Shown piece after piece: positions 17,620 to 26,334 of a stretch of 43,475 nucleotides of DNA (position 1 is its first letter; every line of letters begins with the position of its first letter). The notes below the pieces were generated by a model. The model saw only the letters and a list, made by a program, of their open reading frames with translations. It was not told the DNA's origin and made no database searches. Source of the DNA: a virus (lineage: Duplodnaviria; Caudoviricetes); IMG/VR virus record IMGVR_UViG_3300016484_001188, positions 1 through 43,475 of that record; one strand, 5' to 3'. The translations under genes were made by a program, and so were the position numbers.

Positions 17620-17715
17620 ATGACGAACACCGAACTCCAAGCCTGGTCCCAGCGCAAGGTGCTGGCGCTGGTGGCGCGCCTGGTGGAGCTGTGGCGCCAG
17701 GGAGTGCGGCTGTGA
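17620..17715 (+). CDS. Small antisense ORF (31 aa)
   Basis: MTNTELQAWSQRKVLALVARLVELWRQGVRL; amphipathic helix; downstream of the PRE-like repeat. Confidence 0.4.
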   Translation: MTNTELQAWSQRKVLALVARLVELWRQGVRL

Positions 17716-17909
17716 CGCCGCTGGTGGGCCCCGCGTCGGCGGGATACCCGGCTGCCCATGGGGCCGACGCCCGGGCGCTCGTGTTGGGGGAGCGTGGCGA
17801 GAGCCGGGGCGCCGTTTGCGCTTCCGCCGGTCGGGCTCTCGCACCCTTCCGGCCCCATGCCTTCACGCGCGCGTTCGAACCGCGCTTGATCCCCCTTGGT
17901 GGATCCCAT

Positions 17910-18152
17910 TCAGGCCGCCCTCGCCTCGGTCTCGGGCGCGGCGGGCGCGCCGTCGGTGGGCTGCATGGCCGCGATCGGCATCGTCAGCACTTCAGGGGCA
18001 TGGGCCCGGGCCAGCGCAGCCTGAACTCGATCGACGATCGACTGAGGCAATTCATCGGGCCACTGGGAGACACCCTGCGGCGTGATGCCCACGGCCTGCG
18101 CCGCAGACCTGATCGTGCCGCCCAGCAATTTGATCGCGTCAGGCTTTTTCAT
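17910..18152 (-). CDS. cro: Cro-like repressor
   Basis: MKKPDAIKLLGG...AAQAVGITPQGVSQW HTH; divergent from cI. Confidence 0.9.
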   Translation of the reverse strand: MKKPDAIKLLGGTIRSAAQAVGITPQGVSQWPDELPQSIVDRVQAALARAHAPEVLTMPIAAMQPTDGAPAAPETEARAA

Positions 18153-18159
18153 GCGACGC

Positions 18160-18223
18160 ATTAAAGCACGCTTTCACCTCAAGATGCAACCATACTTACG
18201 CCACACGAAAGCACACTTTCGTG
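18160..18223. promoter_or_regulatory. OR operator/promoter region (three operators and PR)
   Basis: AAAGCACGCTTT (18163-74), CAACCATACTTA (18187-98), AAAGCACACTTT (18208-19); minus-strand TTGCAT-N18-TTTAAT ends 7 nt before the cro ATG. Confidence 0.75.
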
Positions 18224-18224
18224 C

Positions 18225-18683
18225 ATGTCATATTCAGAGCGCTTCCGGCAGGCATTGCTCCGCCCCGGCAAGAGCCGCGCGGGTGTCGCTGCAGCCATGG
18301 GGGTCAGCGTCCAGGCTGTCGGTCAGATCGTGCGAGGAACAACAAAATCGGCGACGGCGGCCAACAACGCTCTGGCAGCTGCGTATTTCGGCTGCGACCC
18401 CAACTGGCTCGCTACAGGCAGGGGCACGCCGGGTTGGAGCGATGAGCCGGCGACGTTGATCGCTTCAGAAGCGCCAAGGCCCTACGGGGAGCCACCCGCC
18501 CCGCCGCCAGACTTTGCAGATTCGATGAATCCAAGCGACAGCGAATGGGCGCTGCTCCAGGACATTCGGCAACTGCCTCAGCAAGAGCGTGAGCAACTAA
18601 CGCGCGAGCTTCGTGCACGAGCGGAAATTTTCCGGGCCTACACCGCCGAGGTGCTGGCGAAGGTCAAGGCAAAGCAGGACTGA
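18225..18683 (+). CDS. cI: CI-like repressor (XRE HTH) lacking an S24 peptidase domain
   Basis: VAAAMGVSVQAVGQIVRG HTH and CDPNWLATGRG; 152 aa with a short helical C-terminus. Confidence 0.85.
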   Translation: MSYSERFRQALLRPGKSRAGVAAAMGVSVQAVGQIVRGTTKSATAANNALAAAYFGCDPNWLATGRGTPGWSDEPATLIASEAPRPYGEPPAPPPDFADSMNPSDSEWALLQDIRQLPQQEREQLTRELRARAEIFRAYTAEVLAKVKAKQD

Positions 18684-18685
18684 GC

Positions 18686-19204
18686 ATGGCGCTTGTTGCG
18701 TGCCACGAATGCGGCGAGCCTGTGAGCACTCAAGCGCGCGCGTGTCCGAAGTGCGGTGCCGCGCCTCGCGTTGCGAAGAAGGGCGGCGCGCTTCTAATTG
18801 CTGGACTGTTCGGCCTGTTTCTTGTCGGGGTTGTTGCCGTAAACAGCAGCAAATCGCCAGAACTGGCCAGGCCGACCGTGAAGACAGAGGCCGAGACCAA
18901 GCGAGACGCACAGCTCACCAATGCCGCAACCCACGCGGTGCTGCTCAAACAGTCGATGAAGGATCCACAGTCATTCGATCTGCTATCGCTCATCGTGCAG
19001 GCTGACGGAGCCGCCTGCTTTGAATATCGATCGAAGAACGGATTCGGGGCCTACATGAAGGGGCAGGCAGTCCTTTCGCGCGACGGCGCACTCCTCACGC
19101 GCGAGCGAGACAGGAACAAGTTCGTGAAGGCTTGGAACTCCGCGTGCCTCACTCCCGGAGGGCAGGAACTGGCGCCGTTGATGAAAGAACGCGGCATCGG
19201 ATAG
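18686..19204 (+). CDS. Zinc-ribbon single-pass membrane protein, co-transcribed with cI
   Basis: CHECG...CPKCG, hydrophobic segment LLIAGLFGLFLVGVVAV, YRSKNGFGAY domain; visibly lower GC. Confidence 0.8.
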   Translation: MALVACHECGEPVSTQARACPKCGAAPRVAKKGGALLIAGLFGLFLVGVVAVNSSKSPELARPTVKTEAETKRDAQLTNAATHAVLLKQSMKDPQSFDLLSLIVQADGAACFEYRSKNGFGAYMKGQAVLSRDGALLTRERDRNKFVKAWNSACLTPGGQELAPLMKERGIG

Positions 19205-19237
19205 CCACGCACTCGCCGCCTCCAGCGACCTCCAACG

Positions 19238-19261
19238 AAGCCCGCCTTGCGCGGGCTTTTT
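19238..19261 (+). terminator. Intrinsic terminator of the cI operon
   Basis: AAGCCCGC-CTTGC-GCGGGCTT followed by a T run. Confidence 0.85.
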
Positions 19262-19289
19262 GTTGCGCCTCGCAGTTACATCGCGAATT

Positions 19290-19330
19290 TGAAAGCATGC
19301 TTGACTCTCAGATGAAAGCATGGTTTACTT
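19290..19330 (+). promoter_or_regulatory. OL operators and PL-like promoter
   Basis: AAAGCATGCTTG (19292-303) and AAAGCATGGTTT (19315-26) overlap TTGACT-N17-TTTACT. Confidence 0.75.
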
Positions 19331-19370
19331 GCCTCCAACGCGCCACCCAACCGGCGCAGAGGAGGCAGAG

Positions 19371-19688
19371 ATGGACATCACGGAGATCTGCGCAGCGATC
19401 CGCAAGGCCGGGCCGCTCGCACCTGAGGCCGCGCGCCAGCTGGTGGCGACGGTCACCACTGGCTTCACCGACTGGCTGGGCCACGAGCGCGTCAAGACCG
19501 CCGCCAGCGAAGACGCGACGGAGGCACTGGCCGGCGCGTTCGAAACGCTCGACCACCTGCACGACACCCTCAACCCGGTGGACAGCGATGCGCTGTTCGC
19601 CGAGCTGGCGTGCGATGACGCCCGCGATCGCGCGAACTTCGCCCGGGCCACGGGCGCGGCTGCTGCACTGCGCGGGATGGCGTCATGA
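19371..19688 (+). CDS. First gene of the PL arm, hypothetical
   Basis: GAGGAGG RBS before MDITEICAA; 105 aa. Confidence 0.75.
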   Translation: MDITEICAAIRKAGPLAPEAARQLVATVTTGFTDWLGHERVKTAASEDATEALAGAFETLDHLHDTLNPVDSDALFAELACDDARDRANFARATGAAAALRGMAS

Positions 19689-19867
19689 GCCGCGACGACG
19701 AGCTGAAGAACGGCCACGCGTGGCTTGCGGTGCTGATCGTGATGTTGGTGTCGATCGCCTGCGCCGGGCTGCTGTCGGCATGCGGCGGCGGTGATGCCGA
19801 CGACGACCGGAACCTGCGCTGCGAGGTCGACGGCCTGCCGCGCAAGCCGGAGGTCTGCAACCGATGA
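19685..19867 (+). CDS. Putative small lipoprotein
   Basis: Hydrophobic stretch then lipobox-like LSAC followed by GGG. Confidence 0.6.
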   Translation: MSRDDELKNGHAWLAVLIVMLVSIACAGLLSACGGGDADDDRNLRCEVDGLPRKPEVCNR

Positions 19868-19965
19868 GCCCCGCCCTCACGCCCGGCCAGCGTCTGGCCA
19901 TCACCTACCTCGTTGCCCTGTTCGGCGCCTTCGTGCTGATGCACCTGGCGGCCGTGGAGTTCTGA
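19864..19965 (+). CDS. Small membrane protein (33 aa), not in the ORF track
   Basis: MSPALTPGQRLAITYLVALFGAFVLMHLAAVEF; ATGA overlap. Confidence 0.6.
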   Translation: MSPALTPGQRLAITYLVALFGAFVLMHLAAVEF

Positions 19966-19967
19966 CC

Positions 19968-20399
19968 ATGACCATGACCATGCTCTCCGCCCGCGGCCAC
20001 ACGGCCGACTCGCGCGATGTCCTGCTGTCGATCACCGCCCGCGTGCCGCTGGAGCTGGTGGTCAACAACGCCCACCGCGTCATCCCGTCGCAGCTGTTGA
20101 CGCCCAGCGCCCGCGAGCTGCGCCACAAGCTCCCGGTGCCCACGTGCTGCCTCGACCAGCGAGAGGCCGAGCGCGACGTGTATCGGCAGCTGGACGCCGC
20201 GGCGCGCCCGCAGATGGCCGAGCCACAGCCCGGCGAGCGCTGCGCCTGGTGCAACCCGGCCGGCTGCATGTGGCCGATGTGCGGCGAGGAAATGGCGTGC
20301 GCTGCTCCGTCGTCGCCGAGCGTGCCGACGCGGCGCGTGCGGCGGCTGCCCACCCTGCCCTGGTGGCGCCGGCTGGCCTTGCGCTGGCTGGGCCGCTGA
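19968..20399 (+). CDS. Cys-rich hypothetical protein
   Basis: CAWC...C...C cluster; Trp/Arg-rich C-terminal helix. Confidence 0.6.
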   Translation: MTMTMLSARGHTADSRDVLLSITARVPLELVVNNAHRVIPSQLLTPSARELRHKLPVPTCCLDQREAERDVYRQLDAAARPQMAEPQPGERCAWCNPAGCMWPMCGEEMACAAPSSPSVPTRRVRRLPTLPWWRRLALRWLGR

Positions 20400-20434
20400 C
20401 CCCTCACCCACCACCAACTCACCACGAGGATCGC

Positions 20435-21361
20435 ATGAACGACCTTGCCCTCTCCCCTGCTGACCAGCCCCTGACGGGCACGGCGGCCACCATCATGACC
20501 CCCGGCGCGCTGAACGCGCTGGTGGAGTTCTCCAAGCTCATGGCCGCCTCGGCCGTGACCGTGCCGGACCACCTGCGCGGCAAGCCGGCCGACTGCCTGG
20601 CCGTGGCCATGCAGGCCGCCCAGTGGGGCATGAACCCCTTCGCGGTGGCGCAGAAGACGCATATTGTGAGCGGCCGCCTGGGCTACGAGGCGCAGCTGGT
20701 GAATGCGGTCATCCAGGCCAGCGGCGCCATCATCGGCGCGCCCAGCTACGAGTTCCGCGGCGATGGCCTGGCGCTCGAATGCCGCGTCGGCTGCGTGCTG
20801 CGCGGCGAGGCGCAGATCACCTGGGGCGAGTGGCTGCGCAACGGCGACGTGCAGACGAAGAACTCGCCGCTGTGGAAGGTCAATCCGAAGCAGCAGCTGG
20901 GCTACCTGCAGCTCAAGAACTGGGCGCGGCTGTATGCCCCCGGCGCGATCCTTGGCGTGTACACGCCCGACGAACTGGACGCGGCCGCCAACGAGGCCAC
21001 GGGCGCGCGCGACATGGGCATGGCCGACGTGGTGAACACCGGCGGGGTGCGCCGGCGCAGCGACGCCCTGCCCGCGGCCAATGTGGCGCCAGCCGACCAG
21101 GGGATGGTCGACGCGGCCACCGGCGAGATCACCCAGCCTGCGCAGGCGCCTGCAGCCAGCAAGCCCGCAAAGGCGGCGCCGGCCGCCGCCGGCAACGACG
21201 GCGGCATCACCGGCGGCCAGGTGGCCTACCTGCGCAACAAGCTCAAGGCGGCCGGCGTCGACGAGCAGACCATCCTCGACCGCTTCCAGGTCGCCAGCCT
21301 GGAGCTGCTGGGCGTCGTGCAGTTCGACGCGCTCAAGGCAGAACTCCTCGCGGCGGCGTGA
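20435..21361 (+). CDS. recT: RecT-family ssDNA annealing protein
   Basis: VPDHLRGKPADCLAV.MQA.QWGMNPFAVAQKT, P.QQL.Y...K.WARLY.P..ILGVYTPDEL; GAGGA RBS. Confidence 0.85.
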   Translation: MNDLALSPADQPLTGTAATIMTPGALNALVEFSKLMAASAVTVPDHLRGKPADCLAVAMQAAQWGMNPFAVAQKTHIVSGRLGYEAQLVNAVIQASGAIIGAPSYEFRGDGLALECRVGCVLRGEAQITWGEWLRNGDVQTKNSPLWKVNPKQQLGYLQLKNWARLYAPGAILGVYTPDELDAAANEATGARDMGMADVVNTGGVRRRSDALPAANVAPADQGMVDAATGEITQPAQAPAASKPAKAAPAAAGNDGGITGGQVAYLRNKLKAAGVDEQTILDRFQVASLELLGVVQFDALKAELLAAA

Positions 21362-21362
21362 C

Positions 21363-21953
21363 ATGGGCGCGCGTGACCCGCTCACCTTCGACGAGGCGGC
21401 CCACGTCTACCGCTTCATGGGCGACGTGGTGCCAGGCGTCACGTCGATTCTGCGGCCCCTGACCAGCTTCGACGGCATTCCGCCGGCGGTGCTGCAGGCC
21501 AAGGCCGAACTGGGCCGGCAGGTGCACTTGGCCTGCCAACTGCTCGACGAGGACGACCTCGACTGGGCCAGCTTGCCGCCCGAGGTCGGCGGCTACCTCG
21601 ACGCCTGGATGAGCTTTCGCCGAGACACCGGCTGTTCGGTGCTTCAGGTCGAGCAGCGCGTATTCGATCCGATGCTCATGTACGCCGGCACGCTCGACCG
21701 CGTGCTGGCCTTCAAGGGCGCGAAGTGGCTGATCGACCTCAAGACCAGCTTCGCCACCCCGATGGCCGCCGGCCCGCAAACGGCCGCCTACCTGCGCGCG
21801 CTGGGTGACACCAGCGTGACCCACCGCGCCGCCCTGCGCCTGCGCCCGGACGGCACCTATCGCCTCGACCCACTCACCGGCGCGGACGACTGGGCCGTCT
21901 TCATGGCCTGCCTCTCCCTCCACCGTTTTAAGGAAGCCCACCGTGACCACTGA
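21363..21953 (+). CDS. PD-(D/E)xK exonuclease (RecT partner)
   Basis: FDEAAHVY, PGVTSIL, YAGTLD, LIDLKT, QTAAY. Confidence 0.85.
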   Translation: MGARDPLTFDEAAHVYRFMGDVVPGVTSILRPLTSFDGIPPAVLQAKAELGRQVHLACQLLDEDDLDWASLPPEVGGYLDAWMSFRRDTGCSVLQVEQRVFDPMLMYAGTLDRVLAFKGAKWLIDLKTSFATPMAAGPQTAAYLRALGDTSVTHRAALRLRPDGTYRLDPLTGADDWAVFMACLSLHRFKEAHRDH

Positions 21954-22737
21954 CAGCCTCCTGGCGCCTGTCGCCAACCTCACCCTGCCCGACGCTTCGA
22001 CCCTCACCGGCCGCGCGCAGCAGGCCCTGGCCTTCATCCAGGAATTCCAGATCACCGACCAAGATACCTACGCGCTGGCCGCCGACGAGCTCAAGGCGAT
22101 CAAGGCCAAGGCCAACACGCTGGAAGACCAGCGCACGGGCATCACCGGGCCGATCAACCAGGCGCTCAAGGGCATCAACGCGCTGTTCAAGGGGCCGGCG
22201 GACCTGCTACAGCTGGCCGAGCGCACGCTCAAAACCAAGATGCTCGGCTGGCAGGCGGAGCAAGACCGCATCGCCGCCGAGGCGCGCCGCAAGGCCGATG
22301 AGATCGCGGCCGCCGAACGCGCCCGGCTGGCCGAGGAAGCTGCCGCGCGCCAACGCGAGGCCGACGCCCAGGCCGCTGCAGCCGCGAAGGCCGCCGCCGC
22401 CGGAGACGAGCAGGCCGCCCAGATCGCGCAGGCCGAAGCGCAGCGCGCCGCAGCGCAGGCCCAGGCTGCCGCCGCCACAGCGCAAATGGTCGTCGCGCCT
22501 GTGACGGTTGTGGCACCCGTGAAGACCAAGGGCATCAGCACCAGCACGAAGGTGGATTTCGAGGTGGTGAACCTGCACGACCTGGTCAAGCACGTTGCCG
22601 CGCACCCCGAACTGATCAGCCTGCTGGCGCCCGACTCGGTGCGGCTGCGCGCCTACGTCAAGGGCCTGGGCACCGCGTGCGCGCTGCCCGGTGTACGCGT
22701 GTTCGAGGACAAGGTTCTCAGCGCCCGCGCCGCCTGA
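21943..22737 (+). CDS. Coiled-coil hypothetical protein
   Basis: Ala/Glu-rich helix and C-terminal LPGVRVFE; common next to phage recombination genes. Confidence 0.75.
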   Translation: MTTDSLLAPVANLTLPDASTLTGRAQQALAFIQEFQITDQDTYALAADELKAIKAKANTLEDQRTGITGPINQALKGINALFKGPADLLQLAERTLKTKMLGWQAEQDRIAAEARRKADEIAAAERARLAEEAAARQREADAQAAAAAKAAAAGDEQAAQIAQAEAQRAAAQAQAAAATAQMVVAPVTVVAPVKTKGISTSTKVDFEVVNLHDLVKHVAAHPELISLLAPDSVRLRAYVKGLGTACALPGVRVFEDKVLSARAA

Positions 22738-22856
22738 CCCCCTTCCCGGGGCGACCCCAGCGGCGCGGGCCAGGTTCCCTCCTCGCACTACCCGTTCCCA
22801 CGCCGCGCCGGCTCGCCGGCCGCCCGCTTCTATCCCTGACCACCACCGGAGCCCAC

Positions 22857-24152
22857 ATGGCCAAGAAGACCACGAAGGCCGCCGCCGCGGCCGCGATTGA
22901 GATCACACGCCACTGCACCCGTGACCGCAGCGGCTTCGGCGCGCTGCCCGGCCTCGGCATCAGCGATGGCGACACACTGGAGCGCGCCGAGGTATCGGCG
23001 CTCAAGGCGCGTTTGCTGGCCGCTGGCTTCGAGTCGCTGGAAGTCAGCTTCGTCGAGCACCTGGCCGGCATGGAAGACGGCGACGACAAGGACACGCTGT
23101 CGGACTGCTGGGAGGACGGCGACTGCCTTGGATGGGTGCCAGCCGCCGAGGGCGCCGGTTGGACGCTGGTTGCGGTCGTGTTCGTCGACGGCAAGATCGC
23201 CAGCGGCGAGGGTGACGACGCAGTGGCCGTCTTCGCCCGCCCCGCTGGCATGGTCGACCAGGCGCCCGCACTCACGCCGGTGAAGGCCTGGCCCTTCCCG
23301 AAGACCGAGGGCGGCGGGCCGGATGCAAGCAGCACCCAGGGCGAGCAGGATGAGCAGCCGCCCGAGCCGTCGGCGGTGCCTGACTTGCCGGCTTGTACTG
23401 GATCGCAAACTGTCGCCGCCCAGCCTGGTGCGATGACAAAGGCAGACGCGCGCCTGGGCCGCAAGAGCGCCCAGTTCGAACTGCTGGAGCCCACCGACGC
23501 GCTGCTGAAGACCTTCACCCCGCGCGTGGAGAAGCACGGCGATGACGACGTGTCTGCTGCCAGCCTGGGCCTGCAGATCGAAGCGCCGAACACCATCCTC
23601 GACCTGCTGTCGCCGTCGCTGCGGCGCACGCTGTACGCGGCGCCCGAGGGCCAGACCACGCTGCCGGGCGTCGAGGAATCGACGCCGCTCCTGCGCACGA
23701 AGGTGATCGACACCGTCAAGCTCACGAACAGCTACGAGGGCTGGCTCGTGCGCATCAGCCGCGGCATGGACGACACCATCGACATCAGCGGCTGCAAGGT
23801 CGACAAGTTCGTCGTCACTCCGCGCGACGGCGGCAGCGTGCAGCTCGACCTGCGCATCGGTAGCAGCGACATCGACGAGGAAGAGGCTGGCTGGCTGTAT
23901 GGCCACCTGCGCCACGACATCGAGATCACCCTGCACGCGCCCCAGGCCAAGCCCGAGGCGATCGACGGAAGCGTGGCGGCGTTCCAGGCCGACCACCCCG
24001 ACGCTGAGCAGCCGGACGCTGGTGACTTGTTTGCAGCCGCGCACGGCGGCGACGACACGGCGGACGGAGGCAGCGACGAGCGCGTGGCCACCGATGACAG
24101 CGACGACGCCGGCATCGCCGACGAGCTCGACGAGGAAGGGGCTGAGTCATGA
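22857..24152 (+). CDS. Two-domain acidic hypothetical protein
   Basis: GGAG RBS before MAKKTT; two folded-looking regions joined by a Pro/Gln linker; acidic tail. Confidence 0.75.
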   Translation: MAKKTTKAAAAAAIEITRHCTRDRSGFGALPGLGISDGDTLERAEVSALKARLLAAGFESLEVSFVEHLAGMEDGDDKDTLSDCWEDGDCLGWVPAAEGAGWTLVAVVFVDGKIASGEGDDAVAVFARPAGMVDQAPALTPVKAWPFPKTEGGGPDASSTQGEQDEQPPEPSAVPDLPACTGSQTVAAQPGAMTKADARLGRKSAQFELLEPTDALLKTFTPRVEKHGDDDVSAASLGLQIEAPNTILDLLSPSLRRTLYAAPEGQTTLPGVEESTPLLRTKVIDTVKLTNSYEGWLVRISRGMDDTIDISGCKVDKFVVTPRDGGSVQLDLRIGSSDIDEEEAGWLYGHLRHDIEITLHAPQAKPEAIDGSVAAFQADHPDAEQPDAGDLFAAAHGGDDTADGGSDERVATDDSDDAGIADELDEEGAES

Positions 24153-24538
24153 GCGTCGGCACCATGCTTTTCAACCCGTTCACCGGCATGCCGCGGCACC
24201 CGGACGACATCAAGTCGGATCCGCGCGGCGTGCTGGTGTGGGACGGCGATGAGCCGCTCAAGGCGGCCGCGCCTACCCACCGGGTCAACCACCTCACAGC
24301 CGAGCGCGAGAAGGCGCTCGACGAGGCGCTGGCGAAGGTTCGTGCCGAGGTGTTGCGCGCCATCACCAAGTTCCCGCCCTTCAACAGCGCGCACGAGGGC
24401 TTCGCCGTCTTGCGCGAGGAGGTCGACGAGCTGTGGGACGACGTGAAGCGTGATCACCCGGCCGGCGCGCTGGACGAAGCGGTCCAGGTGGCCGCCATGG
24501 GTGTGCGCTTCATGATGGACGTGAGGGCCAAGCGGTGA
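24149..24538 (+). CDS. MazG-like nucleotide pyrophosphohydrolase domain protein
   Basis: FNSAHEG.AVLREEVDELWD...EAVQVAAM (EExxE and ExxQ helical pattern). Confidence 0.6.
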   Translation: MSVGTMLFNPFTGMPRHPDDIKSDPRGVLVWDGDEPLKAAAPTHRVNHLTAEREKALDEALAKVRAEVLRAITKFPPFNSAHEGFAVLREEVDELWDDVKRDHPAGALDEAVQVAAMGVRFMMDVRAKR

Positions 24539-24948
24539 AGAAGGTTTACCTCAGCGGCCCCATGTCCGGAATGCCGGAGCACAACTTTCCTGCCTTCAAC
24601 GCCGAAGCGGCTCGCCTGCGCGCGCTCGGCTACGAGGTGGTCAACCCAGTCGACATCAACCCCGACCCGGGCAAGGGCTGGAAGGACTGCCTGCGCGCCG
24701 ACCTGGTGGCGATGTTGGCCTGCGACACTCTGGCCCTGCTGCCGGGCTGGCAGAACAGCCAGGGCGCTCAGCTCGAGCTGCACGTCGCGCACCGCGTGGG
24801 CATGGAGATCGCGCTGTCGTCCGAGATGCAGCCGGCTGGCCCGATGTGCTGGAACTGCGGCACCGCGATGCCGGTCGGTTGCAGTGGCGCGTTCCAGGAC
24901 GAGGCGCAATGCCTGTTCGGCAAGGCGCTGGAGGGCCCGAAGCAATGA
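24535..24948 (+). CDS. DUF4406 (nucleoside deoxyribosyltransferase-like) protein
   Basis: KVYLSGPMSG, NFPAF, VVNP, CD...LLPGW.NS.GA.LE. Confidence 0.85.
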   Translation: MKKVYLSGPMSGMPEHNFPAFNAEAARLRALGYEVVNPVDINPDPGKGWKDCLRADLVAMLACDTLALLPGWQNSQGAQLELHVAHRVGMEIALSSEMQPAGPMCWNCGTAMPVGCSGAFQDEAQCLFGKALEGPKQ

Positions 24949-25097
24949 CCATCGCGACCCGCGAAAAGGTGCTGGCTGCCGTGCAGCGCGCCCTGGATCT
25001 CGGCGCCAGCCAGACCGACGCGATCGAGTCAGCGGCGCAGGCGCTGTGGCTGCCGGTTGAGGCGGTGCGCGAGGTGGTGGAGGGCCAGGAGGCATGA
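24945..25097 (+). CDS. Small hypothetical protein (50 aa)
   Basis: MTIATREKVLAAV...; ATGA overlaps at both ends. Confidence 0.6.
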   Translation: MTIATREKVLAAVQRALDLGASQTDAIESAAQALWLPVEAVREVVEGQEA

Positions 25098-26326
25098 GCC
25101 GCGTCGAGATCCGCCAGGCAGGCCTGTTCGGCACAGGCCAACGCCTGCAGATGACCGAGAGCATCGAGCTGAGCATCCAGTCGATGCACGCCTATGGCCG
25201 GGATCATGCCCACTGGGGGATCGCGTGGTCCGGCGGCAAGGACAGCAGCGCGACGCTCACCCTGCTGATGTGGATGCTCGACACCGGCAAGATCGCCCGG
25301 CCCGAGACGTTGACGGTGTTCTACGCCGACACGCGACAGGAGCTGCCCCCGCTGGCGGTGGCGGCCGCGCAGATCATGGACGAGCTGCGCGAGCGCGGCG
25401 TCAGCGTCGAGGTCGTGATGGCGCCCATGGACAAGCGCTTCATGGTCTACATCCTCGGCCGTGGCGTGCCGCCGCCGAACAACAACACGCTGCGCTGGTG
25501 CACTCGGCAGATCAAGATCGACCCGATGGAAGAGGCGCTGCGCGCTCGCCTCGATCAGCTGGCCGGCAACATCCTCATGATCACCGGCGTGCGCCAAGGT
25601 GAGAGCGCAGTGCGCGACGCCCGCATCGAGATGAGCTGCGGTAAGGACGGCGCCGAGTGTGGCCAGGGGTGGTACCAGCAGATCCTGCCGAACGCGAAGG
25701 GCCTGCGCGGCCGCCTGGCCACGCTCGCGCCGCTGCTGCATTGGCGCGTTTGCCACGTGTGGGAATGGCTGCGCCACTGGGCGCCTGAAGCGGAGTTCGG
25801 CGACTGGTCAACGGCCATGATCGCCCAGGCCTACGGTGGCGACGAGGCCGAAGAGATCAACGCACGCACTGGCTGCATTGGCTGCCCACTGGCCTCGGAA
25901 GAGAAGGCGCTCGAGAACGTGCTGGCCATGGATGCGTGGGCCTACCTGGCGCCGCTGCGCGGCCTGAAGCCACTGTGGCGTGAACTGCGCGCGCCGCACC
26001 ACCGGCTGAAGAAGGCCGGCCTGGAGCGCCTGAAGGACGGCAGCATCGCTAAGAACCCGCAACGCATGGGCCCGCTGACCTTCGCCGCTCGCCTGATGGC
26101 GCTCGACCGCATCCTGGGCATCCAGTCCGAGGTCAACGCCGCGGCCGCGCTGCTCGGGCGCCCCACGATCAACCTGATCGACGCCGAGGAAGAGGCGCGC
26201 ATCCGAGATCTGATCGCTGCCGAGACCTGGCCCGATGGCTGGGCCGGCGATGAGCCAACCGGCGACACGGTGCTGCCTGTCGTCTTCCAGAACGGCGCGG
26301 TGCAGCCGCTGCTTTTCCGCACCTAG
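25094..26326 (+). CDS. PAPS-reductase family (DndC-like) PP-loop protein
   Basis: WSGGKDS PP-loop, DTRQE, LRWCT..IKI.P, GVR.GES..R, RTGCIGCP. Confidence 0.85.
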   Translation: MSRVEIRQAGLFGTGQRLQMTESIELSIQSMHAYGRDHAHWGIAWSGGKDSSATLTLLMWMLDTGKIARPETLTVFYADTRQELPPLAVAAAQIMDELRERGVSVEVVMAPMDKRFMVYILGRGVPPPNNNTLRWCTRQIKIDPMEEALRARLDQLAGNILMITGVRQGESAVRDARIEMSCGKDGAECGQGWYQQILPNAKGLRGRLATLAPLLHWRVCHVWEWLRHWAPEAEFGDWSTAMIAQAYGGDEAEEINARTGCIGCPLASEEKALENVLAMDAWAYLAPLRGLKPLWRELRAPHHRLKKAGLERLKDGSIAKNPQRMGPLTFAARLMALDRILGIQSEVNAAAALLGRPTINLIDAEEEARIRDLIAAETWPDGWAGDEPTGDTVLPVVFQNGAVQPLLFRT

Positions 26327-26334
26327 GAAGCCGC

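Noticed and set aside
25094-26326. cysH auxiliary metabolic gene, or a complete dnd phosphorothioation system
   Set aside because: Length and Cys motifs are DndC-like rather than CysH-like, no other sulfur genes are present, and dndA/B/D/E are absent
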